From the NCBI GenBank assembly GCA_963710755.1, contig CAVQBK010000003.1:928001-992000 (forward strand): 64,000 nucleotides of DNA, in the 5' to 3' direction. The notes beneath the pieces were generated by a model. It was given only the letters and a program-made list of their open reading frames with translations. It had not been told where the DNA came from and did no database searches. This document shows, piece after piece, positions 1 to 11,299 of this stretch. Numbering within the stretch: position 1 is the stretch's first letter; each line of letters opens with the position of its first letter. Source of the stretch: an uncultured bacterium. Lineage in GTDB: Bacteria; Oederibacteriota; JAAXVQ01; JAUVAV01. Position numbers and translations under genes: made by a program.

Positions 1-1
1 G

Positions 2-283
2 CCCAATACGTTCATCCTGAGCCTTGCCCCCGAAGCACACGTGGAAATCAGACGCCTAAGCCTTTCGCCGCCGGAAGGCTTGGGATGGCAGGGGGAATGT
101 GTTAAAGAAAAAATTTATCGGCAGCGGTTTGAGCTGAAGGGATTTATTAAATTCAAGGATGGGTTTACGCCGGGAAAAATGATCTTGCATTGGCGGCTAT
201 GTCTGAATCTGCGGCAGGCAGACCGAAAACCCGCCACTGCCTGCTTGCAGTTCAAAGTGCCCGTGCTGATTAAAAGCGGATGA
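2..283 (+). CDS. hypothetical protein, C-terminal part (5' end outside window)
   Basis: Frame is open from base 2 (PNTFILSLAPEAHVEIRR...) to TGA at 281-283; no recognisable motif. Confidence 0.5.
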   Translation, partial: PNTFILSLAPEAHVEIRRLSLSPPEGLGWQGECVKEKIYRQRFELKGFIKFKDGFTPGKMILHWRLCLNLRQADRKPATACLQFKVPVLIKSG

Positions 284-379
284 CCACCAGCCCGGCATTG
301 ACATTTAGCAGCTGCTCTGTACACTGGGATCGAAGTCTTGCGCTGCCGCGATCAGAGGTTGTTCCCAAAAGGAGGACAC

Positions 380-754
380 ATGGCCAGAGAAATAAAACCA
401 GTACAAAATTATCAAGATCGTTTGCTCAAGTTAATTCCCAGCGAGATCGTGGGGGCTTATATTTTTTTGCAGGGCGTTATTCCCCAAGCTTACGGCAAAT
501 GGGGCACCACGGTGGTGGCCTTGATTCTGCTGATCATGACACCTCTATATTTGGACCGGATCCAAAAGGTCAAGCGCAACGATCAAGTGATCATTACCAG
601 CATTAGCTTTGTGGTTTGGTTATATTCGTTGGGAGGGCCCTTTCGATTTTGGGGTGTTTATGAAGCCTGGATCAGTTCGGTGATTTTGGTGTTGTGGACC
701 TTGGCCGTACCCCTGCTGGTTCAGCCGCAGGCAGCCCAAGCTGCCAAGGGCTAG
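380..754 (+). CDS. small hypothetical membrane protein (about 4 TM)
   Basis: AGGAGG RBS before ATG 380; YQDRLLKLIPSEIVGAY N-terminal motif followed by hydrophobic helices. Confidence 0.8.
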   Translation: MAREIKPVQNYQDRLLKLIPSEIVGAYIFLQGVIPQAYGKWGTTVVALILLIMTPLYLDRIQKVKRNDQVIITSISFVVWLYSLGGPFRFWGVYEAWISSVILVLWTLAVPLLVQPQAAQAAKG

Positions 755-838
755 ACGCCTGAGCGGATAACGCCCATACCTCCAGCCCTTGATGGTGGAC
801 CATAGCTTTGAAATGAAAAATGCGAAGACCGATCGGGC

Positions 839-2350
839 TCAGGGCACGGCCGGGGCTGGTGTCTCGTCGCCGGTCGGTGCTGTTTCAGAAGCAGCCTCGG
901 CCTGAATATTGTTGGTAATCGTGCTTTCAGCCCGGGCTTGGGCCAACCAGGCATCGCGTGCCTGAATGCCCAAGATGTTTTTAAGCTTGTCGGTTAATTT
1001 GTCTTTTTCCAATTGGAAGATGGTGGCATTAAAAGGTTGGGCCTCGGCAGCTGTGATTTCTGCGAAAACAATATTCTCGCGGTCAAAAATGGCACCGCTG
1101 GGCTGTCCGGTTTTCAAATCCAAAACCTGATCCCACAATTGATCGGTGGTGCTTAACCCTTTGACCGCATCACCTTCCCGTACCCAGCTTGTTTTCAGCA
1201 CCGGAATTTTTTGGGCCTGGGCAGTGGCGGTAAGCTGGCCGCTCGCCTTAAGGGCTTTGGCAAAAACCAAGGCTTCGCTTTGGACTTTGGCTTTGGCTTT
1301 TTCTTCGCGTAGTTGTTTTAGGATATCCGGTCGGGCCTGGGCATACTTGGTTTTCCGGCTTGGTTTTTTATCGAGCACCTTGATGAGATGAAAGCCGAAG
1401 TTGGTTTCCACAATTTTGGAAAGCTCCCCTTTTTTCAATGCAAAGGCCGCGTTTTCAAAAGGCGGCACCATCATACCCTTGTGGAAATAACCGAGATCAC
1501 CGCCCTGATCTTTGCTGCCCGGATCTTCCGAATATTTTTTGGCCATCTTGGCAAAATCCGCGCCGGCCACAATCTGATTACGGATGTCTTCCAGTTTTAA
1601 TTTGATAGCGGTTTTGTCCGCCTCGGACGCTTTGGGATCCACCTTTAATAAGATATGAGCGGCTTTGACTTCTTCGGTTTTTTCAAATTGCGAAGGATGG
1701 CTGTCGTAATAATTTCGCAGTTCTTCTTCCGGGATGGTGATCTTGGGGGCTTCTTTTTCCCAGTCAAAGGCGACGTAAGCCAGTTTGACTTTGCGCGTAC
1801 GCAGAGCGAAATAATCTTTGAGATCAGCATCCGTGGTCAAAATAGTATTTTTCAGATATTGGCTGACTTTAATAAAAAGAATGGCTTCCTTTTGCTCGTT
1901 TTCGAATGCTTCAGGGGTAATGTGATTATATTGCAGCAGCGTCAGATATTTCTGGCGGGAAAATTGGTTATTTTCCTGGAAACTGGGAATGGCGGCAATG
2001 CGGGCGGCCACCTCCTGGGGGAAAACCTTAAGCCCGACCTTTTTAGCCAGTTGTTTCATCAAAACGCCGTCAATCATGTCTTGGATTAGGTCCTGACGCA
2101 TGCTGTTGATTTCAGCCTGGGAGGGTTCCTGCTCGCTATCCTTGAAAATTTGGCGGAACCGTTGCTCCCAAAGACGGCCAAAGGCATCATAGGAAATAGG
2201 CTCTCCATTGACCACCGCAGCCGAGGTTTTTTCATTGATTTCCTGACGTTTGGTGGACCCCATTCCCCAGACTAAGAATATGGTACTCAAAAATGCGATT
2301 ACCACCACCCATAAAATAATTTTGGTATGCTTGCGCATGGCATTCATCAT
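839..2350 (-). CDS. ppiD: PpiD-like periplasmic chaperone (SurA N-terminal domain plus parvulin PPIase)
   Basis: N-terminal TM (MRKHTKIILWVVVIAF), AVVNGEPI, parvulin motifs AAHILLK, AKKYSEDPGSKDQGGDLG, GFHLIKV; start set at ATG 2350 with AGAAAGGA RBS. Confidence 0.9.
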   Translation of the reverse strand: MMNAMRKHTKIILWVVVIAFLSTIFLVWGMGSTKRQEINEKTSAAVVNGEPISYDAFGRLWEQRFRQIFKDSEQEPSQAEINSMRQDLIQDMIDGVLMKQLAKKVGLKVFPQEVAARIAAIPSFQENNQFSRQKYLTLLQYNHITPEAFENEQKEAILFIKVSQYLKNTILTTDADLKDYFALRTRKVKLAYVAFDWEKEAPKITIPEEELRNYYDSHPSQFEKTEEVKAAHILLKVDPKASEADKTAIKLKLEDIRNQIVAGADFAKMAKKYSEDPGSKDQGGDLGYFHKGMMVPPFENAAFALKKGELSKIVETNFGFHLIKVLDKKPSRKTKYAQARPDILKQLREEKAKAKVQSEALVFAKALKASGQLTATAQAQKIPVLKTSWVREGDAVKGLSTTDQLWDQVLDLKTGQPSGAIFDRENIVFAEITAAEAQPFNATIFQLEKDKLTDKLKNILGIQARDAWLAQARAESTITNNIQAEAASETAPTGDETPAPAVP

Positions 2351-2539
2351 AACGGCTAAAAGTCCTTTCTCCATCCGGTTATTCCGGAAAAATTGATGGT
2401 TCACCGCGGCCAAAGTAGTATGCTACCCTTCCGGACGTCTGCGGGAGCGCGGGTCCTGAGGCCTTAGCCCTGGCCGGAGGCGGTGACATGAAGTGATTTA
2501 AAAACTTGGAAACAATTTATGCAGCATAGTTCGGCGGTC

Positions 2540-2567
2540 ATTATAACAAAATGAGGCGGTCATTCAA
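2540..2567 (-). promoter_or_regulatory. sigma70-type promoter for ppiD
   Basis: Minus strand TTGAAT-N16-TATAAT with TGn extended -10. Confidence 0.6.
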
Positions 2568-2605
2568 TGCAATTATTTATTTTACCCTGGCTTTTAAAAA
2601 AGCTA

Positions 2606-2634
2606 TTGCCCCGGAAGATGGGCATTGGTATAAT
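2606..2634 (+). promoter_or_regulatory. sigma70-type promoter for the mre operon
   Basis: TTGCCC-N17-TATAAT with TGn extended -10. Confidence 0.65.
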
Positions 2635-2832
2635 TCAGCCTTACTATTGTTGCGAAGATTATTTGCGGCAGCTTGCATCGCTGTTTTTAAATAGCAGTAT
2701 TTAAATAGTTGTGCTCTTAGAATGCTAATTTCCTGATCGCGGTTGGGGCATCTTTCTGCCTGCGGCTAAGGTCGGTCTTCATGTCCCCGACCGGGGGTGC
2801 ACCTCCCGGTGGGCAGCTTTCATTGCTAAACT

Positions 2833-4226
<1,394 letters not shown>

Positions 4227-4349
4227 ATTACCCTGAAGCTGGTGCAGGGTGATTGGATAGGGAAGCAATTTTATTATAGTACTTCCTGTTTCTGACCCGG
4301 GAGGAATAGGAAGGTATTTAAGTGGACGAGGGAATGACTGGAGGAAAGG

Positions 4350-5177
4350 GTGCCTGAATTTTTATGGAGATGGCGGCGTGAAATTGTCTTTACGCTATTG
4401 TTACTGGTATCCCTGGGCATGCTGGTCTCTCACCATGAACCCGGTTTAATTACCCGGTCCGTTCGTCAGGGCGTGGCTTTTGTGGTGATGCCCTTTCAAA
4501 AAATCTCCCATGGCGTGGTGGACAAGAGCCGCCAGGTCTTCACCCTGTTTACATCCATGCGTGTTTTAAGAAAAGAAAATGATGCGCTAAGACAAAAAGT
4601 GGAAAAATTAATGCTGCGCAACGCCCAGCTTAGTGACCTGAACCAGGAGAACCAGGCTCTGCGGGAAGCCTTGGGCTACCGGGAGCGTACCCACCATGAA
4701 TTCATTCCTGCTGATATCGTAGGGCGCGATGCCTCCAGCTGGTTGAAACGGGCGGTGGTGGACCGTGGCCAGGCCGACGGGGTGATGGCGGGCGCCGGGG
4801 TGGTTATGCCCAACGGGGTGGTGGGCCGCATCACAGATGTTAATTATTATTCGGCCACGGTGATGTTGTTGCCGGACACGCAAAGTGCCGTAGCCGGGAC
4901 AGTGGAACGTTCCGGTATTTCGGGTACCATCAAAGGCAACAATGACCGCACCTTGAGCATGATGTATGTGTCCAATGAGGACGATGTCAAAGTAGGAGAT
5001 ACGATTATCACCTCAACCCTGAGTACGCTTTTCCCGCCGGGGTTGCCGATCGGGGAAGTCATCAGTGTCCATCCTTCCGAGAACGGGCTGATGCTTGATA
5101 TTAAAGTCAAACCGCGAATCAACTTTAAAACCCTCAACCGAGTTCTCATTCTGAAAGTCAATGCTGAGGAAGGATAG
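4350..5177 (+). CDS. mreC: rod shape-determining protein MreC
   Basis: TM, coiled coil (LRKENDALR), DRGQADGV, GVVGRI, FPPGLPIG; follows mreB. Confidence 0.96.
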   Translation: MPEFLWRWRREIVFTLLLLVSLGMLVSHHEPGLITRSVRQGVAFVVMPFQKISHGVVDKSRQVFTLFTSMRVLRKENDALRQKVEKLMLRNAQLSDLNQENQALREALGYRERTHHEFIPADIVGRDASSWLKRAVVDRGQADGVMAGAGVVMPNGVVGRITDVNYYSATVMLLPDTQSAVAGTVERSGISGTIKGNNDRTLSMMYVSNEDDVKVGDTIITSTLSTLFPPGLPIGEVISVHPSENGLMLDIKVKPRINFKTLNRVLILKVNAEEG

Positions 5178-5180
5178 GCT

Positions 5181-5714
5181 ATGGAAAAAATTTGGATCCC
5201 GTTGTTGGCCTTCCTGGCGGTTCTGCTGCAGACCACGGTACTCTATTCATGGCGCATTGCCGGCCTGGCTCCGGACTTGGTTTTTTTAGTGGTCATTTTC
5301 CTGGCCCTGCAAAAACCCAATACCGTGGGCCTGTGGATCGCTTTTGCTGTGGGTCTATTCGAGGATGTGGCCGGCGGCGGGCCCTTGGGGATGAACGCTT
5401 TGGTACTGGTGGGACTGGCTTATCTGGTGGGGCATTTGCGTAAACAATTTTTTAAGGAAAATTACACCAGCCAGATGCTGATCGTACTCATTTTTACCAT
5501 GGCCCATCAATTCCTGATGTTCTTTTGGATGAACACCATGATGAATATGCAATTCCCCCTGTTTTCCTGGGTCGGCCGGGCTTTGCTGCTCAGCCTCATC
5601 CACGCTTTGTTGGCGCCGGCTTTGTTTTCCTGGTTGTCCCGGATGGTGCCGGGAGATGACATTTACAAACATCTCGTCAGCCAGCGCAGTCTCAAATTTA
5701 CCCGTCGGACGTAG
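5181..5714 (+). CDS. mreD: rod shape-determining protein MreD
   Basis: Polytopic membrane protein with PDLVFL and GLFEDV..GGPLG; follows mreC. Confidence 0.93.
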   Translation: MEKIWIPLLAFLAVLLQTTVLYSWRIAGLAPDLVFLVVIFLALQKPNTVGLWIAFAVGLFEDVAGGGPLGMNALVLVGLAYLVGHLRKQFFKENYTSQMLIVLIFTMAHQFLMFFWMNTMMNMQFPLFSWVGRALLLSLIHALLAPALFSWLSRMVPGDDIYKHLVSQRSLKFTRRT

Positions 5715-5716
5715 TC

Positions 5717-7522
5717 ATGCTTTGGGATCATTTTATATTAAAAAAAGAAGAACAATTTCAAAACCGCATCAAGCTTCTGGCCATTGTTATCATTATTCCC
5801 ATCGTCACTATTGTTGCCCGCTTGGTTTATTTGCAACTCATTCAAGGTGACCGTTATCTGAACCTGTCCTCCAAGAACCGGGTACGGCTAGTGCCCATTA
5901 AGGCCCAGCGGGGGCTGATTTATGACCGCAACGGCGAACTGTTGGTGGGGAATGTACCGGCATTCAATGTTTCTGTCATTCCTGCGGCCCTGCCCAAAAG
6001 CAAGGCTGACAAGCAAAAAGTGTTGGATCTGCTCCAACAATTGTTGGTGCTCGAACCGGAGGTTCTGGAAGAAAAAATTGAACGCCGTCGGCTGCGTTAT
6101 TTTGAACCCATCCGTATCTTAGGCAACATTGATCGCAAAACCGCAGCCCTCATTGAGGAACATAAGCCGCAGTTGCCGGGAGTGGTGATCCTGACCGAAT
6201 CGCGGCGCCATTATAAATTTAACCAGCTGGCCTTTCATGCCTTAGGGTATGTGGGGGAAATTTCTGAACATGAACTGGCTTTGCGCGAAGGCTACCAAGC
6301 CGGCGATGTCATCGGCCAATCGGGTGTGGAAAAGGTTTACGATCATTATCTGAAAGGCCGCAATGGATGGCTGCACATCGAAGTCGATGCCCTGGGCCGG
6401 CAGATGGGGATTTTGGGCAGGGAAGATCCCTGGGTCGGCCACAATCTGGTGTTGACCCTTGACCGCCAATTGCAGGAACAGGCTGAACACATTCTGGGTG
6501 ATCGTACCGGCGTGATCATTATGGAAGATGTGCGTAATGGCGAGATATTGGCCATGGCCTCATCGCCAACCTATGATCCCAACCGGTTCGCCGAGGGCAT
6601 ATCACGGAAAGATTGGAAAAAATTGCGCAATGACAAGCGCTATCCGTTGACTAACCGTGCCACCCAGGGGATGTATTCGCCGGGATCCATTTTTAAAGTG
6701 GTCTCCCTTATGGCCGGACTGGAAGAAAAAGCAGTCACCCCGGCCACGCAATTTCTCTGCAAAGGGGTTTACTGGATTTCCACCTGGCCTTACCGTTGTT
6801 GGAATGACCGCGGTCATGGTCTGGTCAGGGCCCGGTACTCTCTGATCCAATCCTGCGATATTTATTATTATCAACTCGGCCTGAAATTGAAGGTGGACAA
6901 ACTGGGGAAATGGGCCAGGGAATTCGGTTACGGTAAAATCAGCGGCATTGATTTGCCCAATGAACGGGCGGGGCTGGTGCCCAGTCCGCAGTGGAAGGAA
7001 AGAACACAGAACATGCCCTGGTTCCCGGGGAACACGGTGATGATGGCTATCGGTCAGGGTTACATTCTGGCCACGCCTCTGCAGATCATGGACATGATGG
7101 CGGCCGCGGCCAATGACGGCGTGATTTACCGGCCCCATTTACTCAAACTGGTAACCAGCCAGTCCGGCCGGGTCATCCATGAGGTCAAACCGGAAATTAT
7201 TCATAAGATCAATGCCGACATTCGACACTGGCAATTAATTAAAAGCAGTCTCAAGGATGTTGTCAATCACCGTAAGGGTACGGGCAAGGCCGCCCGCCTA
7301 AAAGGTATCTACGCGGCCGGCAAGACCGCCACGGTCCAGAATCCGCATGGTGAAGACCACGCCGGGTTTGCGGCCTTTGCGCCCTACGATCATCCTGAGA
7401 TAGCCGTGGTGATATATTTGGAGAATGCGGGCGGCGGTGGTGCGGAAGCAGCGCCTTTGTGCCGGCAAATGATGGAGGCTTATTTTGGCATTAATACAGA
7501 GAAGTCCGTGGAAGAAAAATAG
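5717..7522 (+). CDS. mrdA: penicillin-binding protein 2
   Basis: RGLIYDRNG, SxxK (PGSIFK), SCD, KTA triad (AGKTAT); mre context. Confidence 0.97.
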   Translation: MLWDHFILKKEEQFQNRIKLLAIVIIIPIVTIVARLVYLQLIQGDRYLNLSSKNRVRLVPIKAQRGLIYDRNGELLVGNVPAFNVSVIPAALPKSKADKQKVLDLLQQLLVLEPEVLEEKIERRRLRYFEPIRILGNIDRKTAALIEEHKPQLPGVVILTESRRHYKFNQLAFHALGYVGEISEHELALREGYQAGDVIGQSGVEKVYDHYLKGRNGWLHIEVDALGRQMGILGREDPWVGHNLVLTLDRQLQEQAEHILGDRTGVIIMEDVRNGEILAMASSPTYDPNRFAEGISRKDWKKLRNDKRYPLTNRATQGMYSPGSIFKVVSLMAGLEEKAVTPATQFLCKGVYWISTWPYRCWNDRGHGLVRARYSLIQSCDIYYYQLGLKLKVDKLGKWAREFGYGKISGIDLPNERAGLVPSPQWKERTQNMPWFPGNTVMMAIGQGYILATPLQIMDMMAAAANDGVIYRPHLLKLVTSQSGRVIHEVKPEIIHKINADIRHWQLIKSSLKDVVNHRKGTGKAARLKGIYAAGKTATVQNPHGEDHAGFAAFAPYDHPEIAVVIYLENAGGGGAEAAPLCRQMMEAYFGINTEKSVEEK

Positions 7523-8615
7523 TTCGCCCATACGGCTGGCCAGGGAATTGGATCTTACCATCCTGTTGCCCTCTCTGACGCTGGCCCTCATCGGCATTGC
7601 CATGATTTACTCGGCCACTAACGGGAAGACGGAGTTTTCCATTTTATATTTAAAACAGGGGTTTATGCTCTCTGTGGGCCTGCTGGCCATGCTCTTTTTC
7701 GCTTCCTTTAATTATCAAGTGCTCATGGAACGGTATGGCACCTTTTTTTACTGGGCTGTGATTGTGGTGCTGGCGGTGCTCTTGGCCGCTGGGGAACAAA
7801 TCTCCGGCTCCAAGCGCTGGCTTTCGTTGGGTCCTGTGGGTATTCAACCCTCTGAATTTGCCAAGATTACCACTATTTTGGTACTGGCCCGTTTTCTCGG
7901 TCACCGCACCGACAAGGTCAAGGAATGGGGCACCATTGCCGGGGCGTTGGCCATTGTGGCGCTGCCCATGCTCCTGATTCTGCGGGAGCCCGACTTGGGC
8001 ACTACCTTGGTGTTTATCCCCGCAGTCTTTGCTATGCTCTATGTGCTGGGCGTGCCGGTACAACGCATGGTGGCTATTGTAGGCTCGGGGTTGTTGACTT
8101 CGCCTCTGGTCTTTTTTCTGCTCAAGGATTATCAGCGGGAAAGGCTGATGGTTTTTTTAAACCCTTCGTCTGATTCCCTGGGGGCAGGGTATAATGTGAT
8201 TCAGTCCAAGATTGCCATTGGTTCAGGAGGTGTGCTGGGTAAGGGCTGGCTGCACGGCACCCAGGGGCAGCTGCGTTTTGTGCCTGAGCATCACACGGAC
8301 TTTATTTTTTCTGTTTTGGCAGAAGAATGGGGGTTTGTGGGGGCCATGGTGTTGTTGGTTTTATTTGTTATCCTATTGCTTCAATGCCTGCGGATTGCCC
8401 GGTCTGCCCGGGATATGCAGGGCAGCCTGCTGGCCGTGGGCCTGACGGTGGTCATCTTTACCCAACTTAGCATCAATCTGGGTGTGGCTACAGGTATCAT
8501 GCCGGTCACCGGCATGACCTTGCCGCTCATTTCTTATGGCGGGTCATCCATCATCGTGGTGATGAGTATGATGGGTATTTTAATGAGCATCTGGTCAGGG
8601 AGAAAAGTGAAATAA
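7485..8615 (+). CDS. rodA: SEDS peptidoglycan polymerase RodA
   Basis: GSKRW, QPSEFAK, EPDLGT, PEHHTDFIF, LPLISYGGSS; TTG start with GGAGG at 7474-7478. Confidence 0.97.
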   Translation: MALIQRSPWKKNSSPIRLARELDLTILLPSLTLALIGIAMIYSATNGKTEFSILYLKQGFMLSVGLLAMLFFASFNYQVLMERYGTFFYWAVIVVLAVLLAAGEQISGSKRWLSLGPVGIQPSEFAKITTILVLARFLGHRTDKVKEWGTIAGALAIVALPMLLILREPDLGTTLVFIPAVFAMLYVLGVPVQRMVAIVGSGLLTSPLVFFLLKDYQRERLMVFLNPSSDSLGAGYNVIQSKIAIGSGGVLGKGWLHGTQGQLRFVPEHHTDFIFSVLAEEWGFVGAMVLLVLFVILLLQCLRIARSARDMQGSLLAVGLTVVIFTQLSINLGVATGIMPVTGMTLPLISYGGSSIIVVMSMMGILMSIWSGRKVK

Positions 8616-8619
8616 GCCT

Positions 8620-11235
8620 ATGAGTCAACCGACGTCTTTGCCAACTGTTGTTTTGGAAAAATTGCTTTCCCAGGTGGAAAAACCGGCCCGATACCTCGGG
8701 GGGGAATGGAACCAAAGCCGGAAACCCTGGGATCAGGCCAAGCTTAGGGTTGCCTTGGCTTTTCCTGATGTTTATGAAATCGGCATGTCCTATCTTGGTT
8801 ACCAAATCCTTTATGAACTGATCAATGAAACGCCGGACTTTTTGGCGCAACGTTGTTACAGCCCCCGGAGAGACATGGAAGCCCTGCTCCGTCACGAGCA
8901 GCTGCCGCTGTTTACGGTGGAAGAACAAAGACCGCTGGCTGCCTTCGATGTGGTGGGCATTACCTTGCAGCATGAAATGGCCTATACCAATGTGCTCAAT
9001 CTGTTGGACCTGGGGCAACTTACATTGGAACGCGAGGCGCGCAAGGAGAATCATCCCGTGGTGATCGGTGGCGGACCTTGCAGTTTTAATCCCGAACCCA
9101 TTGAACCAGTCTTTGATTTGCTGGTGCTCGGTGATGGGGAAGGGGTGATGCTGGAGATTCTGGAATGGTTAAAAACACATCCAAACCTGGATCGCCGCGA
9201 AAAAATTAAACAGTTGGGCCTTTTACCCGGGGTCTATGCCCCTGGTCATTATCAGGTTCATTACAGCGATTCAGGCAAACTGACAAGCATCACCGCTGAT
9301 GAGGGGTTTGCCTTGCCTGTCAAGCGCCGGGTGGAACCACCGCAAGCCCGTCCCCGCAGGCCGTTGGTGCCCTTTGTAGCGCCTATTCATGATCGCGTGA
9401 CCACCCAGCTCTTTCGCGGGTGTACCCGGGGTTGTCGCTTTTGCCAGGCCGGCATGACCACCCGGCCGGTGCGGGAAATGGACCCTGAGGTCAGCCGGGA
9501 TCATCTAATTAGCGCCCTCCAAGCCAGCGGTTATGAGGAAGCCTCTTTGACCTCCCTTTCTTCAGGGGACTATTCGCAATTGTTGCCTCTGGTTAAGCAG
9601 TTGGTGGATTATGGCCGGCGCCATGATGTGGCGCTTTCCCTGCCTTCTTTGCGGTTGGATTCCTTTGAACCTTCCTTGGCTCAATATATTCGCCAGGTGC
9701 GCAAAACAGGCTTGACCTTTGCCCCCGAGGCAGGCAGCACGCGCCTGCGTCAGGTGATCAATAAGGGCCTCGATGAAGATGATTTTGTACAGCGGTTGGG
9801 CCAGGTATTTCAGGAAGGCTGGGATCTGGTTAAACTCTATTTCATGATTGGCCTGCCCACGGAAAGCGACGAGGATATAGACGCCATCAGTCAATTGGTG
9901 CGCCGCATCCTGAAGACCGCCAACCAACAGCCGGGTGCGCCCAAGTCCAGAAAGCGCAGCGCCCGTGTGAATCTGGGCATTAACCTCTTTATTCCCAAAC
10001 CCCATACGCCCTTTCAATGGGAGCCGCAATTGGACCGCGCCACCGCTCTGCAACGGTTGTCCCGGGTGGAGGCTCAGATGCCCAAGGCCGCCGGCTTTCG
10101 GCTGGGCAAACGGGTACAGGAAGAATTGGACCGCAGTTATTTGGAGGCGGTGTTGGCCCGCGGTGACCGACGCCTATGGCCGGTCATCAAACAAGCCTGG
10201 ATTTTGGGAGCAACCTTCGACAGTTGGGGCGATTTGTTTGATTTCAGCAAGTGGCAGCAGGCTTTTAGCGAGACCGGTATAGATCCCGACACCTATGTGT
10301 TACAGGCGCGTGCCTTGGAAGACCGGCTGCCCTGGGATCACCTGGACAGTGGTGTAAGCAAGGCATTTTTAAAACGGGAGCTGGAAAGAGCCCGGCAAGG
10401 GCTCTTGACGCCCGACTGTTGCCGTGAGCAGCATTGTCAGACCTGTGGTTCCGCTAAGGAGCAGGATTGCCCGCTGCCGCCGGCCCGGCCCATGACAGAA
10501 ACCCCGGACTTGCGGCACCGGCCGCCCCGGCCGGAGCGTCCGGTTCTGAGAATACGATTGTCTTATGAGAAAAATGATGTTATACGTTTCATAGGCCATT
10601 TGGATATGGTCAATACCTGGAGGCGCGCCGCCCGACGGGCGGGCTTACCAGTGCACTATTCGCAAGGCTTTCATCCTCAACCAGCCATAGGCTTTGGGCC
10701 ACCGCTCCCCTTGGGGTACAGAGGATTTCAGGAATGGATGGACATTGGGTTGGATGCCGCCATGGCGCAGGCAGATGTGGTGACCAGGTTCAATGACTGT
10801 TTACCCAGCGGACTAAAAGTGCTGCAAGCCTATGCCATCGCTCTTTCCACTCCTTCCTTGAACGAATTGGTGAACGGCGGGGAGTACACTATCCGGTTGC
10901 TTACCGATTCTGATGAACAAGCGCTGATCATAAAGAAAATAGAGTCCTTTTGGTCCAGGACCGAGGTGCCACTGCCGCAATGGTCCAAAAAGGGCACGGT
11001 TACGGTCAATGCTCGGGTCGGGGTTTTAAAATTGGAGGCAGCCAACCCAGGTCCGGACGTCCTGGAGCTCACATTGCTCCATCAAAGCGGACTGCAGGGC
11101 GGGGTAAAGGTACCGACCTTGATGACTTACCTGACCCAAGATCTTAGCCGGTCCTGGGCTATGGACGTGGTTCGGTCGAAAACCGGTCGGCTTCAGCAAC
11201 AGAACCTGTTGATGCCCCTGGATAATGATCATTAG
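8620..11235 (+). CDS. TIGR03960-type B12-binding radical SAM protein fused to TIGR03936/DUF2344 domain
   Basis: VEKPARYLGGE, FPDVYEIGMS, CTRGCRFC, PKPHTPFQW; C-terminal RFIGHLD..YSQGFHP; usual position between rodA and rng. Confidence 0.93.
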   Translation: MSQPTSLPTVVLEKLLSQVEKPARYLGGEWNQSRKPWDQAKLRVALAFPDVYEIGMSYLGYQILYELINETPDFLAQRCYSPRRDMEALLRHEQLPLFTVEEQRPLAAFDVVGITLQHEMAYTNVLNLLDLGQLTLEREARKENHPVVIGGGPCSFNPEPIEPVFDLLVLGDGEGVMLEILEWLKTHPNLDRREKIKQLGLLPGVYAPGHYQVHYSDSGKLTSITADEGFALPVKRRVEPPQARPRRPLVPFVAPIHDRVTTQLFRGCTRGCRFCQAGMTTRPVREMDPEVSRDHLISALQASGYEEASLTSLSSGDYSQLLPLVKQLVDYGRRHDVALSLPSLRLDSFEPSLAQYIRQVRKTGLTFAPEAGSTRLRQVINKGLDEDDFVQRLGQVFQEGWDLVKLYFMIGLPTESDEDIDAISQLVRRILKTANQQPGAPKSRKRSARVNLGINLFIPKPHTPFQWEPQLDRATALQRLSRVEAQMPKAAGFRLGKRVQEELDRSYLEAVLARGDRRLWPVIKQAWILGATFDSWGDLFDFSKWQQAFSETGIDPDTYVLQARALEDRLPWDHLDSGVSKAFLKRELERARQGLLTPDCCREQHCQTCGSAKEQDCPLPPARPMTETPDLRHRPPRPERPVLRIRLSYEKNDVIRFIGHLDMVNTWRRAARRAGLPVHYSQGFHPQPAIGFGPPLPLGYRGFQEWMDIGLDAAMAQADVVTRFNDCLPSGLKVLQAYAIALSTPSLNELVNGGEYTIRLLTDSDEQALIIKKIESFWSRTEVPLPQWSKKGTVTVNARVGVLKLEAANPGPDVLELTLLHQSGLQGGVKVPTLMTYLTQDLSRSWAMDVVRSKTGRLQQQNLLMPLDNDH

Positions 11236-11299
11236 CGGTTTTGCTGATGATATAAAAGATTAGTTGATGACTATTTTAAATGTTAAGAGAGGATAATGA

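Noticed and set aside
2414-2490. SRP RNA-like GTCCGGAAGG on the minus strand
   Set aside because: The flanking CAGG/AGCAG internal loop and long stem are not present; treated as ppiD leader sequence.
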